A stretch of 64,000 bases of DNA, taken from a virus. Lineage: Duplodnaviria > Caudoviricetes. Within the stretch, counting starts at the first letter, position 1; every line of letters starts with the position of its first letter. The notes under the pieces were generated by a model. That model saw nothing but the letters and a program-made list of their open reading frames with translations. It had not been told where the DNA came from and did no database searches. The DNA is taken from positions 32,001 to 96,000 of the IMG/VR virus record IMGVR_UViG_3300032225_001322. One strand, 5' to 3'. A program made the position numbers and the translations under genes. Positions 18,777-27,611 of the stretch are shown here, in pieces.

Positions 18777-19925
18777 TTAACGGTAGAGTATATTGGTAAT
18801 ATAGCCAGTTGAGATGATTGGGAAAGCACCTTGCTGGGCCGGTGGCACCGGGTAAGCAAGTTGGTTAACGCCGCCAGACGGTATAGGCCAGTAGCCAGAT
18901 CCGCCATTGATGATATTAAATCCAGTGACAGTCCCGTTGACATCAATAGTAGAAGTAACTCTAGCGCCCGAACCGTTACCTACAATATCAACTTGGGGTG
19001 GAGCCAAATATCCGTATCCGCCATTTTGTATAACGATATTGGTGAGCACTCCTTCATTACATACCGCATAAGCAGATGCCGGAACACCAGGAGGATTTGG
19101 TGTGGAGAAAAGACTATTATTAAAACATAATCTTAACAATGGATACCAACCAACTACGTTCATATAAATTGTTCTTGTTTCGTTGTAGTAGGTTGTTGAT
19201 TCAGTAATGTTATACCAAATGCTTTCGTAGTTTTGAGCAAATTGCGCTTTAATTGTTCCTGTATATCCAATCAAATCCATTTGTATTGTTGTGATATAGT
19301 TTCTTGGCTCGATAAAACTTGAATAAAATTCTGTATTTTGATAGTTATTATTATACCAACTACCATTGCCGCCGTAATACCAGTTACCTGCCCAGCCTGG
19401 ATATTGTTCGTAACCTGCTCCGTCGAGACTTGTTTGTGAGCTTAGGCTAGTGGTAGGGATTGTAAGTGGAACGCTAGGCACAAATTGTGGGAATACTGAA
19501 TTTACTAAATCAATCGGGGCACGAGCACCGGCTTGGGCGTTAGTAAATACTGCTTGATTTAAGACACCACTTTGAACGCTGATAGAATAACTTGCTGGTT
19601 GAGCAATTAATTCTAAAGTATCTTCCGCAGGAATAGAAACTTTAACTTGTCCAGTGGCAGCATTAAGGATTGTCATTGGTGCTTGTAATAACAGTACGGT
19701 TCCCGCTGTATTTGTAATGCGGAAAGTAAAAGTAGAGCCGTTTACATTAACAGGTTTTTCGTCCTGGTTAACAAAGGAAAACAGGAGTACATTATCTACT
19801 CCTAAATTAAGGGTTAGTCGTTTAGCGTACACTGGGTCGTACCTTGCTGTGAAGAATTGCCCGCTTGAATCTATCAGGAGTACCTGTGTTCGTTGCTGGT
19901 AAAGGTAAGCGGTAGTTGAATACAT
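18777..19925 (-). CDS. Virion structural protein (BppU-like N-terminus, baseplate-type GxGY repeats)
   Basis: GVDNVLLFSFVNQDEKPV; NGGYGY and NGGSGY repeats; late promoter 6 nt upstream. Confidence 0.65.
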   Translation of the reverse strand: MYSTTAYLYQQRTQVLLIDSSGQFFTARYDPVYAKRLTLNLGVDNVLLFSFVNQDEKPVNVNGSTFTFRITNTAGTVLLLQAPMTILNAATGQVKVSIPAEDTLELIAQPASYSISVQSGVLNQAVFTNAQAGARAPIDLVNSVFPQFVPSVPLTIPTTSLSSQTSLDGAGYEQYPGWAGNWYYGGNGSWYNNNYQNTEFYSSFIEPRNYITTIQMDLIGYTGTIKAQFAQNYESIWYNITESTTYYNETRTIYMNVVGWYPLLRLCFNNSLFSTPNPPGVPASAYAVCNEGVLTNIVIQNGGYGYLAPPQVDIVGNGSGARVTSTIDVNGTVTGFNIINGGSGYWPIPSGGVNQLAYPVPPAQQGAFPIISTGYITNILYR

Positions 19926-19931
19926 ACATAT

Positions 19932-19972
19932 TATTTAGCGATATTTAACGATATATTTTTATACCATAAATA
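19932..19972. promoter_or_regulatory. Divergent late promoters
   Basis: Minus strand GCTAAATA 19932-19939 and GTTAAATA 19942-19949; plus strand CATAAATA 19965-19972. Confidence 0.7.
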
Positions 19973-19995
19973 TTCCAAATGATAACTATTATTAG

Positions 19996-20373
19996 ATGAA
20001 CGCAGAAATTTTTACAAAATTAACCGACAAATACCCGTTTATAACGCTATGTCTCTACGCCTCCCAGGAATATGTAGGAATTATACAAAATCGCGATGAT
20101 GCTATTACCACTATCTATGATTTCGGAAGTATAACAGATTTAGAAGCAAAAAAATTATTCTTAGAATTAGCTAATATTTGGTGGTGGGAAAGTAACAGAT
20201 CTATTCCTATTAATATCTATTTAAAACAGGAATGGGATCCATTTAGAGGTTACCTGCGTACATTTATCAACAAAGATCTTGAAATTCTACATGGCCCAGT
20301 TTGTAGTTTAGCTGAAATGGGTCGCAAAAAATCTAAACGTAAAAGTATTACTTTAGTTCGCCGGATGGACTAA
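19996..20373 (+). CDS. Hypothetical protein
   Basis: 125 aa with its own plus-strand late promoter; WWWESNRSIPINI motif. Confidence 0.75.
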   Translation: MNAEIFTKLTDKYPFITLCLYASQEYVGIIQNRDDAITTIYDFGSITDLEAKKLFLELANIWWWESNRSIPINIYLKQEWDPFRGYLRTFINKDLEILHGPVCSLAEMGRKKSKRKSITLVRRMD

Positions 20374-20935
20374 TTTCATCCAATAAATTCATATGTAATG
20401 CTACCAATGCCGCATATGAAATTGAATGACTATGTTTAAAAATAAATCCTTTACTGTCGTCCCCGTTCCATACAGATTCAAAGATTTCACTCCAGGGCTT
20501 GTTTTGTAAGTGTGCTTTGCCTGGTCTAATAATAGCAATAAAAGCCGCCATTCTAGGAATTGAATCGGGCTTCATCTTCGTTAGTAAATCAGTATAGTTT
20601 CCAATATGGGCTAATTGTTTTGACCACTCTAGATCAGTGTATAATCTTTCCCACGGCGGTTCTTTAGTCAACATTTCTTGATAATGTTCTGGACTTTTAA
20701 TTAGCTGATAAACTGACATATTCAGTAAATCAATTTTAAAATAACCGCGAGCTTCAGCTTCTTCGTAATCAATAGCAGCACATTGATTGACTGGATCGTA
20801 TGGAATGTCTGTAACATAAACGCCAGAATTATGTCGACGAACTTGACCTTGATAAAGTTGTCGTGCGGGTATTGCTTGAATAAGTTTTAAAACTTGTTCT
20901 CGGTCGGCTAAATCGATATCAATATCTGCGCTCAT
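20348..20935 (-). CDS. Miniature DNA polymerase III alpha (DnaE/PolC-family) catalytic-core-like protein
   Basis: DIDID, RHNSGVYV, FKIDLL, IIRPG, FKHSHSISYA in DnaE order within 195 aa. Confidence 0.75.
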   Translation of the reverse strand: MSADIDIDLADREQVLKLIQAIPARQLYQGQVRRHNSGVYVTDIPYDPVNQCAAIDYEEAEARGYFKIDLLNMSVYQLIKSPEHYQEMLTKEPPWERLYTDLEWSKQLAHIGNYTDLLTKMKPDSIPRMAAFIAIIRPGKAHLQNKPWSEIFESVWNGDDSKGFIFKHSHSISYAALVALHMNLLDEISPSGELK

Positions 20936-21312
20936 AATACTAGTATAGCAATTATTCCAATATATGTCAAATAATGTAAACCTTGGTCAGCACCGAACCA
21001 TACCCAAAATTTACGATCAGCGGGAGTTAGTCCGCGACTTAAATTTGTTTTTGCCCAATCAATATGATAATGGATCAGGCCATCTAATATACCGAGTATG
21101 ATGGCAAACATATGAGCTCCTATATCCCAAGGAAAAATTATTAGTAATACAATAAAAGTTCCAAGAGCGTGCATGGCGGCATGATTGCGGCCGCCCGGAG
21201 CCATATATATGCCTTTATCTTTGAACATATTTTCATTTTGTAAAACAAAATCGCATACAAAATGTTTGATACCAAATAGTGCTAACAATATGCAAATGAT
21301 TTCCATTACCAA
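20932..21312 (-). CDS. DUF3307-like membrane protein
   Basis: HFVCDFVLQ, HAAMH, HYHIDWAK, DQGLH and several TM segments; start may be 21306. Confidence 0.8.
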   Translation of the reverse strand: MVMEIICILLALFGIKHFVCDFVLQNENMFKDKGIYMAPGGRNHAAMHALGTFIVLLIIFPWDIGAHMFAIILGILDGLIHYHIDWAKTNLSRGLTPADRKFWVWFGADQGLHYLTYIGIIAILVL

Positions 21313-21980
21313 CCTGCTTTCTGTAATAACTCTTGTGCTTCTATACGATTAGCCGGATCGTCTTTTAATTTTTTAGTCCACACATCAGGATCTATATACG
21401 GCCATACCATTGCTTGATGTTCAGTACTCATTTCAGATAAAAATCTTTGTCCCGATTCACAATTATATAATATCCAAGAACTAATGCGACCGTTGACTAT
21501 CGAATTTGTTATAGTATTGTGATTCCCGTAACGCAAATAATCTTGTGACGGTGCTTCCTTTTCCTCGGCCCAATCTAATGCGTGTTCTAAACCTCTAGTC
21601 AACGCATCCTCCATTCGTTCCACTTTAAGATAAAACAAAAGGTATTCGGTGTATAGATTGTCACTACACCAATAATCTAATTTTTTATTTTGTTTTAAAA
21701 CCCATTCTGTAAAACGAGCTGGATTAATGACTTTAGTGTTTACACAATATCTACCAAATTTTACAAATGCCTTATAGTATGGGCTTTCACAGAAATCATC
21801 GTAGGTTTTTAATTTAGCTGATCCTTGTGTGAGTTCATAAAATTTAAGATATGAATTGAATCCAAGTCTAACCCCAGCTTCGTCTTTTTCTTGCCTACGA
21901 CGTCTTGGCTCACAAGAATGCACAGTCAAAGAAGATTCTTTGATAAAATTCTTCTTACAATACTGGCAAGTGTAACTCAT
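21306..21980 (-). CDS. Hypothetical protein with N-terminal zinc finger
   Basis: CQYC-x12-H-x-C. Confidence 0.7.
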   Translation of the reverse strand: MSYTCQYCKKNFIKESSLTVHSCEPRRRRQEKDEAGVRLGFNSYLKFYELTQGSAKLKTYDDFCESPYYKAFVKFGRYCVNTKVINPARFTEWVLKQNKKLDYWCSDNLYTEYLLFYLKVERMEDALTRGLEHALDWAEEKEAPSQDYLRYGNHNTITNSIVNGRISSWILYNCESGQRFLSEMSTEHQAMVWPYIDPDVWTKKLKDDPANRIEAQELLQKAGW

Positions 21981-22213
21981 TCTTCTGGGTTGATGGCAAA
22001 ATTGCGTTCTAATTTTTCTCTCTTAATATAAGTTACCGACTCTGCTGGGGTAGTATTTGGATTTAAAAACAACGGTAAAAGTCTAGCGACTTCATTAGCT
22101 GTAATATTCTTAGTAGGTTTGTATCTCCATACAGTACCGTCATCTAAGACAAACTCTACTTGATTAAAGTCTAGTTTTGTTGCATCCTTCTCTTTTGAAA
22201 AAAACCATTTCAT
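21977..22213 (-). CDS. Hypothetical protein
   Basis: 78 aa, ATGA overlaps on both sides. Confidence 0.65.
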   Translation of the reverse strand: MKWFFSKEKDATKLDFNQVEFVLDDGTVWRYKPTKNITANEVARLLPLFLNPNTTPAESVTYIKREKLERNFAINPEE

Positions 22214-22656
22214 TTTTTATTCTCCTGTCCTGATAATTTTAAGTAAACATCTATATCTTTTTTAGTATTGATTTTAGCCATAAGTTCTATCTCATCGTCT
22301 TTCATATGTGGATATAATTCTGCTATCTGTTTTTTAAGACTTCCTGCTCCGGGTTCTTTTTTCTTTGTTGCTATCCAATTATGACGAAATGTCCCCATTC
22401 CTGGACTCACAGTAGTTGCCATTAGCCATTGAAGTTTAGGATGTTTGTGTAAGGGAAAGAAATTCTTATTAAGTCTTTCATTGGCAGAAATAAGATAAAA
22501 TTCTTGTAAATCTCTGCCGCCGCTTACACAGCTACCATATCTAATCATTAGGAATGTAGAAAACTTTTTGCGTTCTTCGTCGGTTAGACTATCGTAAAAA
22601 TCGCGATTCTTGCGATCAAATTGTGTCATTTCATTGCTGATACTTAATTTGTCCAC
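22210..22656 (-). CDS. Clamp loader small subunit (gp62-like), putative
   Basis: KFSTFLMIRYGS, ANERLN, HPKLQW, WI pattern; size and replication context. Confidence 0.55.
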   Translation of the reverse strand: MDKLSISNEMTQFDRKNRDFYDSLTDEERKKFSTFLMIRYGSCVSGGRDLQEFYLISANERLNKNFFPLHKHPKLQWLMATTVSPGMGTFRHNWIATKKKEPGAGSLKKQIAELYPHMKDDEIELMAKINTKKDIDVYLKLSGQENKK

Positions 22657-22659
22657 GAA

Positions 22660-23160
22660 TTAAAATGCCTTATTATAATCTACTACTTCGCAGGTACGAC
22701 TAATATCTTTGACAAAATAAACACATTCTGGCTCTTTGCCATCACCTAATGGAACACATAACATCTGTCCATTTTTAAGTTTAGGAGCATACCATGCTAC
22801 ATCCTGATATACATCTAAAATTTCTACATCAAGAAAACTTGGTCTAAAACTTGTGATTGGATTGAACTGAAATGCTTTAAACCCGCGATCATTAAGTGCC
22901 GACAACGGGATCACTTCTAAATCGCCAAAGTCTGGTTCGCCTATTAATAATTGCCAATCAACTGGCATACGAACTTTATGGTTTCCAATTTTTAATACCA
23001 GCGCAGGAGCATTAAAACTTTCTAAAAAGATCAGTGGAATATAATGGTAATCTGGATCTTGTGGATTAGAATTATCTAAAATACTAAAACGCATATCATC
23101 TATCTCTTCAGGAAGATGATCTAAATCGTACGGTTCGTTGTCTAAAGTTAATATTCTCAT
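22660..23160 (-). CDS. Hypothetical protein, possible degenerate Hint fold
   Basis: 166 aa, beta-rich; own promoter TTGACA-16-TACAAT (23167-23194). Confidence 0.7.
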   Translation of the reverse strand: MRILTLDNEPYDLDHLPEEIDDMRFSILDNSNPQDPDYHYIPLIFLESFNAPALVLKIGNHKVRMPVDWQLLIGEPDFGDLEVIPLSALNDRGFKAFQFNPITSFRPSFLDVEILDVYQDVAWYAPKLKNGQMLCVPLGDGKEPECVYFVKDISRTCEVVDYNKAF

Positions 23161-23194
23161 AGTATTATTGTAACATCATATTTGGAGTTGTCAA

Positions 23195-24652
23195 CTATTT
23201 CCACTCTAGTTTTTCCTGTGTAAATGGATAGTTTGCTTCTTTATAAAACTGTTTACGCTTGGTCAAATGACGTTTGGCAAACTTGCAGGTACTGGTCACG
23301 TCCCAGATTTGGACGAAATCTTTATCTTCAGCTTTTCGTATTCCTCGGCCGATTGATTGTATGACCCGGACAAAACTCTTACCAGGCTCAATAAGCACCA
23401 AATTAAAAATCCTAGGAATATTAATACCAACAGCAGCAACACCATAGGTAGCAACAATAACCTTCCCAGTAGCAGTTGCCACTTCGGCATATTCTTCATC
23501 TCTCTTAGTTCCTTTAGTTGCGCCACTGACAAAAACTGCCTTATCGCCTAACCGTTCTACAATGGCATGCCCGGCTGCTACTCTATCCACTAGCACCAAT
23601 GTATTTCCTGTAGCATTAACTTTGTCAACTAATTGCGATATGGTGTCAAGTCTATCAGGTTCTTCTAATAAAAATTTAAGTTCAGATTGGTAATTAGAAA
23701 ATTCAGCATGGTCAATTAATTGTACAATATTTACATGACATTGTGCTAGTACTCCACGGTCTTGAAGTTCGCTAGCTGACAGTTGATTAATGACTGGGCC
23801 TAAACTACATTTCAATGCTTGAAACTCATAGGGTTCTTTAGGTACAGTTCCAGTTAACCCCCATCGAATAGGAATACGACTCATTACTCCTGTGAGTAAT
23901 GTTTTTAACGCATCGGCTTTAGCCATATGGACTTCGTCAACCATAATACAGACCACATCTTCGATGAAGTCATGTATAGTAATGTCTGCGCCGTTTTTAG
24001 TATTTTTAAGAAGTATGTTAAGACTTTGCCAAGTACAAATAGTATGTTTCTTGCCCCACTCTTTTCTATCTCCAAAGTAAACTCCAACATCTAATCCTAA
24101 TCCGCGATAATCTTTTTCTGTTTGTGTTACTAAACTCTTATTGGGCACAATTACAATAGTTCTACCATATAATTCGCAGCGTTGACTCAATGCCGCTGTC
24201 ATAATTGTTTTACCAGCGCCCGTGGCAATTTCCTGTATGCTTTGCGGATTTTCTAAAAAGTTATTAATAATTTCAACTTGATAGTCGCGCAATTTAATTG
24301 GCTGCCCTTCCATGGGATGACCTTTACCCCAATTAATATGAGAAAAAGTTTCTTCAGTTACTCGCTCAAAATCAAAAGTAGTAGAATAATCACGTAGATC
24401 ATTAAGCTCAATGTCATAGTTATAACTTTCCAATATAGGAATAATCTCGGGAAGTAGATTTACATAAGTTGACCCACCCAATTGAAAATAGGAAACTTTA
24501 CCGTCCCACCGACCAAGTCTAACTGCTGGCAAATACCTAGCCCCAGGCACATCATATTTGAAAGTGTTTACTAATTTTCGCCTAGCATCCAGTTCTAGGC
24601 CTTCTATTTTGATATTAACTTCATCACGGATTGTTATTATAGCTGTTCGCAT
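23195..24652 (-). CDS. uvsW: SF2 helicase UvsW
   Basis: WDGKV, LRDYQ, ATGAGKT, DEVH, TGT, QSIGRGIR; ATG start at 24652 likely. Confidence 0.93.
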   Translation of the reverse strand: MRTAIITIRDEVNIKIEGLELDARRKLVNTFKYDVPGARYLPAVRLGRWDGKVSYFQLGGSTYVNLLPEIIPILESYNYDIELNDLRDYSTTFDFERVTEETFSHINWGKGHPMEGQPIKLRDYQVEIINNFLENPQSIQEIATGAGKTIMTAALSQRCELYGRTIVIVPNKSLVTQTEKDYRGLGLDVGVYFGDRKEWGKKHTICTWQSLNILLKNTKNGADITIHDFIEDVVCIMVDEVHMAKADALKTLLTGVMSRIPIRWGLTGTVPKEPYEFQALKCSLGPVINQLSASELQDRGVLAQCHVNIVQLIDHAEFSNYQSELKFLLEEPDRLDTISQLVDKVNATGNTLVLVDRVAAGHAIVERLGDKAVFVSGATKGTKRDEEYAEVATATGKVIVATYGVAAVGINIPRIFNLVLIEPGKSFVRVIQSIGRGIRKAEDKDFVQIWDVTSTCKFAKRHLTKRKQFYKEANYPFTQEKLEWK

Positions 24653-24688
24653 TATCACTTATTATAGCATACTTAGTATGCAAAGAGC

Positions 24689-24719
24689 AAAAAAACAGGC
24701 ACCGTTTTATGGGTGCCTG
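24689..24719 (-). terminator. Intrinsic terminator
   Basis: CAGGCACC...GGTGCCTG followed by T7 on the minus strand. Confidence 0.85.
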
Positions 24720-24790
24720 ATAAAACGGGCTAGTTTCCCAGCCCAGGAGCTACCTTGTACTTACCATTGGATATACAGTAAGTAAAATTT

Positions 24791-25816
24791 TTAGCTATTC
24801 TTCATACAAGTACTAGCCGCCAAAGCCTTCCAATTATCTTGCGATACTTTGGTTAAGTCTGCCAATTTAAGTGCCATACGCAAGCTCATCTCACGTAATT
24901 TGTCTTTGTTGGTATCCATAAATGCTAGGATTTCTTCACCTTGCTCTGGACTAAAATCATAGTCCTTAAATAATTGGCCTTGACGGAAAATCTGTTTAAT
25001 ACGCAAAAACTTGTCACGCATAGTGTTCAAAGTCAAATCCAAAAAGTGACAACGACTCTGTAATGCTTCCAAATGGTCCTGCATTTTCTTAGATTTAAGG
25101 TTGTCAAATTTTAAATTGGTAATAAAAATACAACCACCTTTAAAATCAAACATATCAGGAACACCTTCACGTCGTAACATAGCACTATCTGAGTTCCAGT
25201 GGATTTTACGCTTCTTACCAGAATCCAATGCGGCTTTAAGAATGTTTAGCGCCAATTCGTCTTGGAACACAGAGTCACAATCGTCAAATACCAAAACGTT
25301 GTTAGCATCAGAATGGCGATATAAAGTACAGTACAGACCAATTGGAGTCATCGCACCTTTGACCACTTCATACTTAATCTTTTTACCTGAGATTTTGTCA
25401 AACAATCCTGACTTTTCAAGTTCAAATTCTACACCGTAACTCTTACCTACGCCCGGAGGACCTACCACAATCATCGCACGAACATCACCTGCGATGGTAG
25501 CACGAGTCATTTGATGTAAAATTTCAAATCGTTGTTCGATACGATCCATAACTTCGTCATCGGATTCAGTCACTGGCTTAGTTACGACTGGCGCAACAAA
25601 TTCACCAACTGGTACTGATTCAGTTACAAACTCTAAGTCTTCGATTGAAGTTACTTTAATACGAACATCGTCGTATTCCTCGCCAAAATAGCCTTCAGAT
25701 TTTACAGTCACATAGCCTCCTTTGGCTCCAGTTTGATAACCTTTAACCAATGTAAATGAAACATTGTTTACAGGTTGATTACGATATACACCATTTTTAA
25801 TTAGAATTGTAGACAT
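24791..25816 (-). CDS. AAA+ ATPase of T4-like phages
   Basis: GPPGVGKS, VLVFDDCD, ITN, ALQSR; SD AAGGAG. Confidence 0.85.
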   Translation of the reverse strand: MSTILIKNGVYRNQPVNNVSFTLVKGYQTGAKGGYVTVKSEGYFGEEYDDVRIKVTSIEDLEFVTESVPVGEFVAPVVTKPVTESDDEVMDRIEQRFEILHQMTRATIAGDVRAMIVVGPPGVGKSYGVEFELEKSGLFDKISGKKIKYEVVKGAMTPIGLYCTLYRHSDANNVLVFDDCDSVFQDELALNILKAALDSGKKRKIHWNSDSAMLRREGVPDMFDFKGGCIFITNLKFDNLKSKKMQDHLEALQSRCHFLDLTLNTMRDKFLRIKQIFRQGQLFKDYDFSPEQGEEILAFMDTNKDKLREMSLRMALKLADLTKVSQDNWKALAASTCMKNS

Positions 25817-25850
25817 CTTTTAGCTCCTTAACTATATTGTTAATAATACT

Positions 25851-25879
25851 ATTATACGGGTAAATGATTTAATTGTCAA
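25851..25879 (-). promoter_or_regulatory. Consensus sigma70 promoter
   Basis: TTGACA-17-TATAAT. Confidence 0.9.
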
Positions 25880-26043
25880 CCGTTGGTAGTATAGCGTATG
25901 ATTAAGTTAGTGTTCATAAACATTGCTTTTACTGTACTTTCAGCCACAAATGAGGAATCAGCATGAACGGGCATTGTTCCTTCGCTTACTACGACGCTAC
26001 TATTTTTTTCGTATGCGGTGTAGGTTACGTTAAAGATTGCCAT
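25876..26043 (-). CDS. 55-aa early hypothetical protein (not in ORF track)
   Basis: MAIFNVTYTAYEKNSSVVVSEGTMPVHADSSFVAESTVKAMFMNTNLIIRYTTNG; SD GGAG; promoter TTGACG-17-TATACT at 26073-26101. Confidence 0.75.
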   Translation of the reverse strand: MAIFNVTYTAYEKNSSVVVSEGTMPVHADSSFVAESTVKAMFMNTNLIIRYTTNG

Positions 26044-26104
26044 TTAGTGCTCCGTTTCTTTACTATGATAATAGTATAGCAAAAATGGAATTTCTCGTCA
26101 ACCA

Positions 26105-26131
26105 AAATAAAACCCCTATCTCTAGGGGTTT
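26105..26131 (-). terminator. Intrinsic terminator
   Basis: AAACCCCTA-GAGA-TAGGGGTTTTATTTT on the minus strand. Confidence 0.8.
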
Positions 26132-26147
26132 GTAAGTGGACACTAAC

Positions 26148-26900
26148 TTACTGAGCGCCTAGCCAAGTAAGGCTTTTATCTAACCAGGGCAGTACTAAAT
26201 CACGCTGATGTAAAAATCCTCTAGCTAGTATTGATTTGTCAGCTGATTCCGGGAGTAATTTAGCATCAACTAAATCATACCAACGGACAGTTTTAAGATC
26301 TTTAGGGTCTTGGTCGCTTTTATATACTATAGCATGTATCCAATTATTCACCGGATCTAATTTAAAAAATCCAGCTTTACAATCCCAGCCAGTTACAGCT
26401 AACATATGAATAAGACTTACTATCGTATGGTGATAATAGCATCCATCTTGTTGACTAAAATCTAGATCTTTATGATGTATATTTGTAGTTTGTGGGACTG
26501 TTAACGCTAGCATAGCGCCATCGGCAGTGATATTTCTCCAGTTAGACAATGTTTTAATTGGATCTATCGCATATTGAAAAGCATCGTGACACCACAATAC
26601 ATCAAATTTATCAGGCGGTGGATAGATATTTGATTCAAAATCTACTTTTTGATAAGTGATATTTAGGTATTCTTTAGCAATCGGAAGGCTATCTAAAATA
26701 TCTATACCCTGACATTGAATATTAAGCGGAGTAGCACGATCATCGTTTGTTGTGCGAGTGGCCCACCAGGTTAAATCTTTTCCTGATCCGCAACCAATGT
26801 CGGCTAAAGTTTTAATGGACAACATAAAATCTTCGTATTGCCCTAAAGCATTTAAAATTTCTAAACTATGTTGATGTGATTCGTCTGCGTTTCTAAACAT
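26148..26900 (-). CDS. Class I SAM-dependent methyltransferase
   Basis: LADIGCGSG, GIDI, FDVLWCHDAFQY. Confidence 0.85.
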   Translation of the reverse strand: MFRNADESHQHSLEILNALGQYEDFMLSIKTLADIGCGSGKDLTWWATRTTNDDRATPLNIQCQGIDILDSLPIAKEYLNITYQKVDFESNIYPPPDKFDVLWCHDAFQYAIDPIKTLSNWRNITADGAMLALTVPQTTNIHHKDLDFSQQDGCYYHHTIVSLIHMLAVTGWDCKAGFFKLDPVNNWIHAIVYKSDQDPKDLKTVRWYDLVDAKLLPESADKSILARGFLHQRDLVLPWLDKSLTWLGAQ

Positions 26901-26902
26901 TT

Positions 26903-27355
26903 TTATACCTGTATATCTTCCATTCCGGCGGCTCTAAGTCTAACAATATGCCCTAGCATAAAGTTTTTAGACTCCATTGCTTTCATAATGCCTAAGTAAC
27001 GATTGCGTAACAATGCTACTTCATTGATTAGTGTTTCAAAATCGATAACTTCGTCTTCCCCGTCAACATATTTTTCAGCATCACGACTAGTTAAAGCCCG
27101 AGCATATCCTTCTAGATACTTTTGGAAATGTTTACGGCGAATTTTTCTAAGTTGAATATTAAGATAATTTAATACAGCTTCAATTTCTTGGAGTTGATTA
27201 AATCTGTGTTCAGTAATACCGGGTAAGTTAGTAATGTTCTTTTCGACCATACCACCTACTCGGCATTCCATTTTAGCATGTTCGAGTTCAGTTTCGTAGT
27301 GTGCGATAAAATCGGGGATCGCACCTAAGTCAGCTGTTACACGGCTATACCACAT
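26903..27355 (-). CDS. uvsY: Recombination mediator UvsY
   Basis: Helical 150 aa, KYVDGEDEV, LRAAG end; in the uvsX operon. Confidence 0.8.
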   Translation of the reverse strand: MWYSRVTADLGAIPDFIAHYETELEHAKMECRVGGMVEKNITNLPGITEHRFNQLQEIEAVLNYLNIQLRKIRRKHFQKYLEGYARALTSRDAEKYVDGEDEVIDFETLINEVALLRNRYLGIMKAMESKNFMLGHIVRLRAAGMEDIQV

Positions 27356-27609
27356 TAATAATCTTCATCCTCGTCAAAGTCTTCATCTTCGTAGTCTTCG
27401 TCATCGTCGGCGTCTTCGTGATCTTTAAGATAACTTGTAAGCGCCCGTTTAACTTCTGATTCGGACTTAAAAGTATCTTTGATATCGTCGGCATCTACGT
27501 CGTTATCAATTAAAACTGCTACTAATGTTTCGGCCGCTTCGTCTTTGTCTACTGAATTGACATAACGCTTTAATTCGTTCCAAATTTCTCTAGCTAAATC
27601 TACTGACAT
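27355..27609 (-). CDS. Small very acidic protein
   Basis: C-terminal D/E tract; between uvsX and uvsY. Confidence 0.7.
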   Translation of the reverse strand: MSVDLAREIWNELKRYVNSVDKDEAAETLVAVLIDNDVDADDIKDTFKSESEVKRALTSYLKDHEDADDDEDYEDEDFDEDEDY

Positions 27610-27611
27610 TC

